Assembly: GCA_010405405.1 (NCBI GenBank)
Contig: MU004233.1
Coordinates: 375,067-439,066, forward strand
DNA length: 64,000 nucleotides
Reading direction: 5' to 3'
From: Microthyrium microscopicum
Taxonomy: Eukaryota
The position numbers and the translations under genes were made by a program. Position 1 is the stretch's first letter. Each line of letters starts with the position of its first letter. Positions 52,831-63,448 of the stretch are shown in pieces. The notes under the pieces were generated by a model. The model saw only the letters and a program-made list of their open reading frames with translations, was not told the origin of the DNA and did no database searches.

Positions 52831-55800
52831 TTAAAAATCTCCACTAAGGAGATGTTCTACTGCGCGCTGTACTTTGCCACCACTTTTGCGCAAGGCCTTG
52901 ACATTATGCTCCGATTCATAGAAGCCCATGTCGTTGAGTTGTCGCAGCTGGTCAACGTATGGTTCCTCTGAAGCTTGTCTACTGTGATATGGCAGGTTTG
53001 TGATGCCTCTACCTCTTGATTCCTCCGGGGCTGAAGCGAAATCTTCATCAGCAATTTCGACTGGGTAGCGACCTTCTTGTGTCTCACTGAACCAGGGAGA
53101 TGTAATCCGTCCCTGGCTATCAATGAACGGGTTGGTAGGTCTAACTTCATCGTCACCCTGCCTTTCACCAGTCCGGCTAGCAATTTGTTTCTGGTACTCC
53201 GAATCATCTAGGAGGGCTGGAGGGATAAGAGGCTCATGTTGTATTCTGAGAGACTCCAAATCACTTGCCCACCCCTTACTATCGTGGGTCGCCCGTGATT
53301 TATTCTTCGCTGTCTTTGATTGTTCTGGTAAGGATTCAAACTCTTCATCTTCTTCACCGTCATCGTTGATGGGCCGTCTGTAACGCTTGTGTGTGGAGGA
53401 AGGAAACTTCCCACTGGAAGGTGATGTTCTCGAATCTGTTCCTCGACGTTGTAGCCCCCTGATCCTCGCTCGTTCTATTCTGTTTACCGCCTGGAGGGCA
53501 ACATCATCCTCAAGCTCTTTTGTAGACGACCAATTAGCAATAGCATCATGTGTCATAGCCTCATCGGGTAAAATGGTAAAGTTGCCGCTTTTTACGGATG
53601 ATCCGCTCGGTTCGCTCAGCAACCATTCCAAGAATATAGTTTTTAGTCGGTTGCCATGTTCATCGACAAGGCTTATATCGTTGCGTTTCAGAATACTATC
53701 TGACACATAACGCTGCGGCTTTTCCCATGATAGACCAGAGACCAAATCGAATTCGTGGGTGTCAGGTAAATTAATTACGACATCAAATGATTTCGCCTGT
53801 AGGGAATTAGATCATGTCGTGTTATATGTGATGTAGGATGGATACTTACATTTCTGTCACCGATCATCTGGGGCTCTTTTTCACTTTCGCTGGAGTCGTT
53901 TTCAACATAAATGTTGCTTGACCCGATCGCACAGTCGTACTCCATGTCGGAAGCATCAATAATAACAAAACGAGTCCTTCGTAGTTTAGCTTTTGTACCT
54001 GACCTTTTTATCCACTCTAAAGCGATGGTCTCTCGTATCTCTGTGTCAGCAGTTAGGTTCTGGTCTTCCATAACTCTTCTCGAAATGCAACTGTTAACAT
54101 TTCTACATTTCCTAGCTGTCAGGGCACAGTACTGGCGTGTCGTGGGATTGAGAACAAGAATATCAAAAGGCTTTTCCTGAGGGGAGCATTAATTAGAGTC
54201 CACTGGAAAAGACTTTGCGAAAATTGATGTGACTTACTTCGGGCTTGAAGGTTGGTACGTATAAGCCCGCACCTAAAAAGGCATGATCTTCTTCTCCGCT
54301 CTCACTCGAATTGCTTTCTGCGCTTTTCCAGCCCGGGTCGGTTTCTCGTGGGATGGGTGCTGGGAAAAGCGGTGATGGCGGTACGGAGGGATTGGACGGT
54401 GTACCTTCAGATTTTTCTGATTCGAAAGATAATTGTGCTGATGCGGTCGTGTTATCTGATTGCGACGGAAAGCGTCTAGGGCTGTCAATAAACGTTTTGC
54501 TACTGTCAATACCAAATCGGCCTAAATCGCTGGCATGAGATTGGTGTTAGACAGTCCCATCGGACTTGATGGGAGCCATCGAATGCTATGGGAGCCAGCA
54601 AATGCTTCCCATTTCGGTATTTTATGTTGGAATATGATGGAGGTGCATACGAATAGATTAACTTACCCATCGCTAGACTCATCTGCAAAGTAATCGTTCT
54701 CTGCAAAATAGTCTCTACCTGACAAATTGGCGGCATCGCGATTCTCGTCGTAAATGGCTGGCGGATTCAACTCCCACGTTGGTGATAGATGGATGGCTGG
54801 TGTTTTCAAGTCCCAGGAGAATGATGGAGGTATAGTTGTCTCACTCTCGCCTTCTGGACCAACACATTCCAAGGTGTCGACCCACTCGAGGACTCTGTCA
54901 TTGTCGTTGATAGCGATATTGTATGTTCCAATCGGTTTATCAAGCCGTAGTATGACAGGCTTAGGCCATGGCAGCGAACGAAGGGAGAAATCGTGGATAT
55001 GTTTGAAAACGTGCTCGAGTAGCTCTGGTGAATCTGGAGGGCCGGAGGAATCACAAAGGGGGCACTTTGTCAAGCCCATAGTTTGGACCGCGAATTGTGA
55101 TAAAATCGTTGCCAGATCGAGGGCTTCTCCTTCGGAATGAATCTCTTGAAGGTGATTCATCAAAGCTGAGGGCTCTTGAAAAATTGGGGGATCGTCATGA
55201 CAGTATAAACACTGCCATCGTGGAGGATGATCGTTCATAAAATGCTCATTCCACTCTTTCTGGGTGACGAAAAGCTTGAAAGGCGTTGGGCAGTCATCTA
55301 AAATACAGGTATAAGGACACAGATCGTTAGCAATGTGTCTCCTGGGTTATGTTAGAAAAATCTGAAAAGATTTGTGTCAATGTAAAGTATATGGAGAAAT
55401 GTTTCTTACCTCCACTGAGTAGAGTTGTTGGCTTCCTCAAAAGGTATGGCCTGGCAACAGCACGGGCATTTAAACATTTTTTGATCAGCTTTCGCTGTCT
55501 TTGGATTGGGATACTGAGCTGATCCTGTAATTGCTGTTATACGAGTCTGGGGCGATTTAATGTGCTGTCGAAGACCTTGAAAAGCGGTCTCAGGAACAGA
55601 AGCTGATACTCCTGACGCCGTAAATGCCGCACTTTTGGCCAAAACGGAAGGCTTGCTGTTGGTTTTTATTTGCGTTTCCCGACGAGTGACTGAACCTGAA
55701 GTTGTGCCCCTTGACTGAGTGCTCTTCGAGGCCCCAGGATGTTTAATACCGGTTGGAATTGGTGCCACAGGCAGATTTAACGATCTATCTCTCAATTGAT

Positions 55801-56623
55801 ATGAATGACGTTGGGCCTGTGTATGGTCAGCATAAGTCTGAGCCATCAGGGCAACTTACCTCCAAGAACCGGTGACGCCGTCTCAAATTCGCTTCAACTA
55901 AGCGTTTGCCAGGACTACAGGCTGTCAATGAGAGATTCATGATGAGATTGTCCGCACCCGTGATAATGAAAGGAATATATGGGCGGATAACATACCCTTC
56001 TAACTCAACGTCGGCAAAGTGATTCGGATCATAGGTTTCTCTGACGTTCCGGTCTGGCTTTGATATGATGAGGCAGTTGAGATGTGCTCTCAATTCTCTA
56101 TGTTGATTCGGGTTAAACGAGTTATCGGCCTTCTGCAAACGGCTCTTCTTCCCACTCTGTCGAATTGCAACTCCAATCGAAGCAAGGTTTTTCATCATTG
56201 AATCTACATTCTCCATTGATTCTGTGGAGCCATCGAATTCTGTCAGGAATTCCTGAAGAAGTTGCAGTAAGCCTCTGACAAGATTGGTATCATTCGGTCG
56301 CTGTTGGAACCTCTGGTCTAGTGATGCCTAGAAGTGTTCGTTAGTCAGGGCGTTCATTTTGGAGGCTTTGGCATTAATAATATCAATATGTGTTGAGCTC
56401 TTGCAAAACTCTACATGATATTCATGAGCCATGCAGGTTTTGATATAGACTTTACCTTATCACGGGCAACAGCGCCGACACTGTCAGCCCATAACTTCAA
56501 ATCTGCCAATCGATTTTGGAGGTGTGTCTTTTGAGCAGTGTCGAGGGCATCATTTATACACTGACCAAACTGGGCTATACAAGATCTCGTCAGATCTGAC
56601 GTCGATTTTTTTGAGTTATCCAT
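52831..56623 (-). CDS. Multi-exon protein: N-terminal helical domain, C2H2 zinc-finger cluster, two pseudo-retropepsin-like repeats, C-terminal UBA domain
   Basis: About 8 exons joined in frame via GT-AG introns (e.g. 56455-56328, 55409-55342, 54666-54530, 54237-54177, 53848-53797); RLADLKLW...ASLD; CPCC...RH...DLCPYTC; CLYC...HLQEIH; CPLC...HVFKH...SLPW; UBA QLRQLNDMGFYESEHNVKALRKSGGKVQRAVEHLL. Confidence 0.8.
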
Positions 56624-57309
56624 TGTGTTGATAGTCGTGTGAATATTTCTCTAGAACCTTTCAAATCCTGGACATTAAACTACCGCTGTAGCCTGATTGT
56701 CTGATCAGTTGAGTCTCGTTCACAAGTATCGGAGTTTGTGAGCACACGATATTCTCCTACCTAATGCGCTCACTGCAAGTCAGCGCGCTACCAATATTGA
56801 GTGCAATACCGGTATAGCTTCATATCGAAGATTCCGACGTAAGAAAACAGTCTAGTTGCACAGTGCGGAGCAAAAGAGCTGCTCCAATGGCATGCGGTCA
56901 TAACATAAGCGATAATGTATGATGCGCCTGTGGAGGTATGAATGTCGATAGAAAGTGAAGTCACTGTTTAAAGCAGGTCGAGTTAACTCCCAGTGAATTC
57001 AGCATCGAATATCTAACTGTGAGGACCAATCCGTGCCCGCATTTCGTTTTTACTAATAGAGGAACAGGATCCTGGTGCGGGGCTCTAGAGTCGTCCTATA
57101 CATGTATGTGGACATGCATCTGCAGACTGCATGATATAACCAATTAGGATCAAGAAATGCCTACTAGCGAACTGTTATGATACGGTAATTAGGCGGAGTG
57201 TACCCGCCTCCTCAGCTTTGGTATCAATGTTGGACTCAAACTCGAAAGCAACCTTCCCCATTTTTCAGCTACCTCGCTAGGTTTTCATGTCTTGACAAGA
57301 CTTCTGGAT

Positions 57310-60300
57310 ATGGCCTCGGCTCTGAGAGCCCCAGTGAGCTCAACATTCCTTTCATCGGTAGCACTTGAGGCTTGGAAACTGGTCTTACAATGCGCGATCA
57401 ACGTAAAATCTCAGCCGGGTGCAACAATAGCGACTAAGCTCAACATTATACTGGGGCACCTCGAAACGCAGCCAATCTACCTTTTACATCAGGATGTTGA
57501 CAGGTTATCCAATGAAGTCCTGAGAGACTTATACAGGATGAGCACGTTAAGCAAAGTTGGAGGAACATTTGACGGAAACATCGAACCAAAGGACATTCAT
57601 GACCGTTTGCTCAAGCTATATCAAAATAAGAAGCTGCAGATGCAAGTTCAGCTTTCAGTCGAGAAGTTTCTCAGTAATAGCTCGAAATCCGATATCGATC
57701 CATATCTGAGGCACCTCGACGATCTCTTGGGAAAGTTGGTTACCAAAGAGTCAAGTCGTGATCAAAACATCCCACACTACGAACACATGCAAGTTGAAGA
57801 TCAACAGGAGCATCCAAAACTGGTCAAAGAACAACTTGCTAGCATTATACGCAAGCACGCAGCTTGCATTGAAGATGACGGTACTTGGCACCCGACCAGG
57901 CTGTTTTTAGAGACTGGCTCTAAGACAAAAGCGAACTATTCGGACTTTGATTTAGTTGTCGCGGCGGCTGATATGAAGTAAGTTTCTCCGTTACCCATTG
58001 CGAAAGTGCTACTGTTTTGGCAAGTACCTGACAATGCCCAAGTACCATGTGCCTCCCATCTAATCTTATATCTACCATGTAGTGCGATGGGGGATTATTG
58101 CTAGATGCATATGTCATATCTCACGCGCACTTTCACTTCGTATACTCACATATTTCAGGTTTTGGCAGGAATTTTCTCTCAGAATTCCTATGGAAGATGA
58201 TGAAAACCTCTCTAGCTCTAGTGAGGAGGATGAATATCGCATCGAGTTAGACGAAGGCGATATCTGTGATATCATAACTGAGCAAACATTTGCAAGAATT
58301 TGCTTGCAATTCGATAGGGAGGATCGTTCGTTGTACAAACTTCAAAGCTTCCAGACACTTTCACATTCGATGTCTACGGGCTACGGCTGGTCGCTCTCTG
58401 ATGTATTGCAAAAATGTGATTTATCTGTTGCAGACAAGATCACATTAGCACATACTGTTTCACACGCATGCTGGCAGTTTTACGATTCGGCTTTAATGGA
58501 TGCAAAATGGACTAGCGAGGATATCTGGTAAGGCTTCCTACACCTGCGTTAGGTCGCTGGCGAACCTATCCAATGCCAAGAAGAGTCGATGAAGATTTGG
58601 CATCGGAAGAGGCTTCTCTCTTTTTCAGCACACTTGACTCCTGACTTGACTATTACTCCGATGATATACTAACTCATTACAGGTTTATGCCCGGAGACCT
58701 CATAAATCAGCACAGTGATCGCATCCAACTAAAGCCATTTATATCATTTCCATTCGGACCTTGTAATGATTTTCCAGCAGAGTTCCCTCAGGCAGATCCG
58801 GTCACACATCGATATTCAAGGATTCTTCTTCTAGGGATTGTCCTCCTGGAGATAGGCCTGGGTCAGCGAGTTGAGATCAAATCATCCCCATCCTGGAGCC
58901 TTCACGCACAGCTTAATTTCACTCATAATATTGCCAAAGCGGCTTTGAATCAATTTAAAACGACAACATGGGACGACTTCTCCTTCAAAAGCACATATGA
59001 AGAAGCCATTGAAAACTGCTTAAACTCAATGAATTTTAAAGACGTACAGAAAAGAACACGAAAGGTGCATGGGAGAAAGTCGCAAATAGCACCACATGCC
59101 ATAGGGAAAGGACCAGAGGAAAAGGTACGAGTAGATAAGACTGATTCAAACAAACGCTCATCTTCACCAATGTCCCAAAGAAGAGATGCGCTTTATCGCA
59201 AGGTGGTGGCTCCTCTGTCTTGGTTGGCCAATGTGGGATTTGAGAGTTCGAATAAAGCTTCCTTTGCAATGATTCGAAAAGCTTCAAGGTCTCAAGAAAA
59301 CATTATTGACAATGGCGCTTTCTTGGGAATGTGGAGCCAAATACGGGCCGCAAAGTTTCATTCAGGTCAGCCAGTTCGTGCCGAAGATTGGATGCAAAGT
59401 CTCAAAATCATCGCTGGTCATATATTTCAGTGTAGGCGAGCTGTAAGCACTGCCTTGAAACCAATTCGCATCGCAGTCTTGGATACGGGGCGAAATCCCA
59501 CTGTTCTATTCTTCAAGAGCCCACAAAGAGCACGCTGGATCAAGGATTGGAAAGACTTTGATGGCGGCTCAACTTCCGCAGTAGACGAGTTTGGTCATGG
59601 AACTTTTATGATCAGACTCATCATGGAAGTGGCTCCCATGACAGAGATCTATGTAGCACGCGTGGCTCAAACAACTGATGGACTCGAACAGAACGAATCA
59701 CAAGTTGCAGAGGTTAGTATTTTCGTAACAATTGCGACTTTTGACAGATGTTGACCAACATTTCACAGGCAATTGAGTGGGCAGGCCTGGAGCATCAAGT
59801 TGACGTGATCTCGATGTCATTTGGTTTTCCAAAAGCTAGTAAAAGAATCTCCGAAGCGATTGCTAAAGTAAATTTAGAACGAAATGGCTCGGTAGTCTTT
59901 CTTGCCAGTGCTGGGAACTCGTCTAGCTACCAGGGTATACCATTTCCTGCTCGACACCCATCAGCCATCCCAATCTTTGCTACGAACTGTAGGGGAACAT
60001 TTCTCGAATCTAATTCCACTCAGTACGATAAGATAGAGGCACTCGGTACCTACGGGGATGATATTCCGAAATCGCTCTTAGATGAGCTTCGACAGCATTG
60101 TTCAGATGCAATTCTACAACCAGGAACATCAGTCGCCACGGCGATTGCGGCAGGAACTGTGGCAATGATGCTATCTTATACTGCCGCTCTATCTTCCCTG
60201 ACGGGATTTACGGGGGGTCCGGAGGTTTTTGGAATCAAACTCAGAGTTGGGATGAGAAAGGTGCTTCGCCGAATGTCACAGCAAACCGGTTCTCGTCGTT

Positions 60301-60619
60301 ATTTCATCAATCCGGTAAGTTTCCCCAGTGTTAGATTCAAAGTTCTTGACGACATCCGATGGAAACAAAACACCACGTCTCCCATCGCACTCGATGGCTA
60401 CCATACGATGCGTTCCTGACCGAGTACTATATCTCCCACCGCATGCGATGGAAGCTTTAAAGTTTCTCATTCGAAGGCCACTTGAGCTTTTCAAGCGTGT
60501 CAGTTGTGCTGGAACATTATACTAATACATTTCAGGTCAGATTTTGGGCGGACAAACCAAACGACAACGAAATGTTTGTAGAGATGTGTGCAGCTATATC
60601 GGATGTCAGTCTGGAGTAG
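57310..60619 (+). CDS. Intracellular subtilisin-like S8 serine protease with large N-terminal region (HET-Q2-type architecture), 5 exons
   Basis: Introns 57978-58158, 58528-58682, 59713-59768, 60315-60535 join in frame; catalytic motifs IAVLDTG, DEFGHGT, ASAGN, GTSVATA; no signal peptide; central degenerate kinase-like segment (WTSEDIWF...LGIVLLEIGLG...YEEAIENCL). Confidence 0.9.
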
Positions 60620-60689
60620 AGAAGCTCTGGTTTTCTGTAGATATCTGATTAAAAGTTTGGAAGGATGAAATCGAAGCTACAGGCCTTTC

Positions 60690-60900
60690 AACGGCATAGC
60701 AAAATAAAAGGCGTACTCCCATCAACTCTGATGGCGCCCAGAGGCTACGGTTTGTTATCGAGTGCTTTATTTGCCATAAAGGGCGTTCAGATTGGGAGTA
60801 TTTATCAGATACGATGGGAATTAAAGCGCCTTTTAATTAGCAGCGCTGGTGGTAGCCATCAGAATTGATGGGAGTACGCCATTTATTTTGCCATGCCGTT
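60690..60900. mobile_element. 211-bp MITE-like element with 51-bp TIRs and 7-bp TSD GCCTTTC
   Basis: Arms 60690-60740 and 60850-60900 are reverse complements with 5 mismatches; GCCTTTC at 60683-60689 and 60901-60907. Confidence 0.88.
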
Positions 60901-62333
60901 GCCTTTCTCGGAATCAAAAGAAATACAGATGTCGTCTCCAATTGTTGATTCTGTGAACTCAATCTCCTCCTCTATATCATCCTTGAGTTCCTGTTTATCA
61001 GCTTCAACCATGATTGGAGGCTCTTCACTGCCAGAGCCTTCGCCGGTCATAAAAGCGGATTTGTGCGAGAATAATTCGCCCTGTGGCCCAGCTCGCTTGG
61101 GTCTGACCACGTGTAATCTATAGGCAAACACAACCCCGGCAGCAGTGTTATATGAGTCTGTCACGGTTTTTGCTCGATGATGTGCGACAGACGCTCCTAC
61201 TTCGACAGGGGCGATCCCACCTGCGGCAGGACCAGACCTGAAAGTCGTTAGTAATACTAACATGTTTCGGCAAGACCGTTTGGTCCTTCAAGAAGTAGGA
61301 AACCATAAACAACTTAGATCAATCGCATGCATTGGGAGCCATAGCACTCGATCAGGTACGCAATCTATGGGAGCCATATGGGAGCCATCAGATATGCTGG
61401 CCACCAATCTTGGTAGGTTTCGAATGTCATCAAGCATCAAGATTTGACACGGGGCGATCTTACCCTGATAGCTCAGTGTTGAAGTTGCTTCCGACCTCCG
61501 TCTTCACTTCAAACGACTGCTGAGCAATGCGAAGTCCAGACACGACGTACAGTGGTCGCTTCCCGAACATTCCAGAGTCAATTTGGCCACGAACGGCAGG
61601 CAGATTGGAGATGGCTAGTAGTGCCTCAGCGGAAAACGGCTGTGCGAACATCTTGATTTGGTGGTCTGCGGTGCCGTAGGTAAGTGCTGCGTGGCTTCCG
61701 ACGTTGGTTTTGATCGAAGTGGAAGCGACCTCCTGGGGTTCGTCAGTACAAAATGTCAATTATGTGTGAAGATTTCTGGCCATTTTATGACCAAGAGTAG
61801 GCTGAGCGAAGACGCCAGTCGCTCCAATCGCGTTACATGGCTCCCATCGTACTCGATGGGCCTCTTAGAGAACTTCTCGACATGCATATCAAGGGGTTGA
61901 CAAAATAAATGGCGGGTTCCCAGCGAGTGCGATGGCTCCCATACAAGACGATCGATTATCAAGTGCTTTATTTACCACCGACCGCGTTCAGACTTGGGCA
62001 ATTTATCGAAAGCGATGGGAAATATAACACCTTTTAATTAGCAGCGTTCGTGGGAGCCATCGACGCTGATGGGAGAACGCCAGTTATTTGAGAGAAACGT
62101 ACCAGAAATTTAGCCCAGATACTAAATTCATTTGACTGTGAGCGAGAATTGGAATGTGTATGATTCTTCTCCGTTACGGTATCAACCTTGGGGAGCACAA
62201 TCTCCGGATGGCTGGACCCGTCAATTGATGCAAGTACGAGTGTCGGCCTTGACGGGTGAGATAGTACTGTTCCAAGCTGCAGCGGGCCATCGGAACTAAA
62301 ACTGAAGTCTGGAGGTAGAAACCAAGTCGGCAT
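60883..62333 (-). CDS. Fungal gasdermin (HET-Q1/RCD-1-like pore-forming cell-death protein), 3 exons, 284 aa
   Basis: Exons 62333-62103, 61732-61464, 61237-60883 (855 nt, in frame); family-typical segments TWFLPPDF...GPLQLGTVL.HP..P, PLYVVSGLRIA, VVFAYRL; SAFM followed by an acidic C-tail; adjacent to an S8 protease. Confidence 0.85.
61891..62101. mobile_element. Older, diverged copy of the 60690-60900 MITE inside gasdermin intron 1
   Basis: Collinear shared blocks: CAAAATAAA.GGCG, TTATC[A/G]AGTGCTTTATTT, GCGTTCAGA, ATTTATC, CGATGGGAA, CCTTTTAATTAGCAGCG, AGCCATC-N6-GATGGGAG.ACGCC. Confidence 0.82.
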
Positions 62334-63448
62334 GATTATGCTTGCTGGAAAATGTAGATCAATTCAAAGAGCAAGCTGTAAGGTAAAAATCAGAGAGCAA
62401 TATTAGTACGTGCTAGCGTTGGGCATGAGGTTACGCGGAAATGGCGCATTATTCTGCAGACGATATCGCTGGGCTGTAGCTGCATGCAAGCAAGCTATCA
62501 AGATTAAAACTACCTGTTACTAGTAGCTCGAATTGAAGTTCAATTTTCTATTCCATAAAGCCCATAACTTTTGGGGAACAGTACCTTCTTTCCGACGTAC
62601 TCACTATCTGAATTTATCTAACCTCGTTGTATCAGTCGAATTCGAATACGAATTTGAAGAGAGAGATTTTGAGTGATATATAATCCCGTCTTTTACAGAG
62701 CGTGATGGGTATTTGTCCAGGTCGTGTCTGAACTTGAGTGAGACGAATAGACGTTACAAGATACTAGTAGATTCAAGTTATTGTAGAGCATCGTCACCTC
62801 GCAACTAATAATCGATCGCACTCTTTACCTTGTCTTACTATTCCAAACGCGCGCTATGGCAACACTGGAGCGAACTTCGCTTCCCGATGCTCAACGGCAT
62901 ATTTTTCGAAGGACATCCTATCTGCGCGCCAAGTTCAATTTGTAAATCGAAACAACGATGCAGCGAAGTGGTGAAGAACTTTTAACGACGTGCAGATGGC
63001 TGTGCCTCCTGTTGGAAGATTTCTTCTCGTGTATCTCGTGGTAACGAGTTTAGGAGATCAAGATCAAGCTGCGAAGATCACGGCTGTTCTGGAGAAGAAG
63101 ATGCTGCTTACCATAGCGTGGAGGGGGGAGTTATAGAAATCATCATATGATGATTTGGTACACAAATCTACAATTTCTTCCCCTTTGCCGATTAAAGTTA
63201 TGCAGACATTGTTGTTACGATGATGAAAGCATAATTGAGAAGAATAAAAACGATCATAACATGCTAAAGTTATTCGTTCTTGCCTAAGATTCCCCTATGA
63301 TCATTTGCAAAACTCCCCCTCGCGCGCTATTTATGGTAGGCAGCTGGACCGAACATGCTGGCCCAAGTCTATTTCGCAGATGCAGCCACAGCTGGTGCGA
63401 CTTCAGCATCAGGTTCTGAAGATCCAGTAGCATGTTCGGTCCAGCTGC

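Noticed and set aside
54557..62076. CRISPR-like reading of the repeated palindromes
   Set aside because: Eukaryotic context, only 1-3 units per site, 6-nt spacers, no cas genes; better explained as MITE terminal/subterminal motifs
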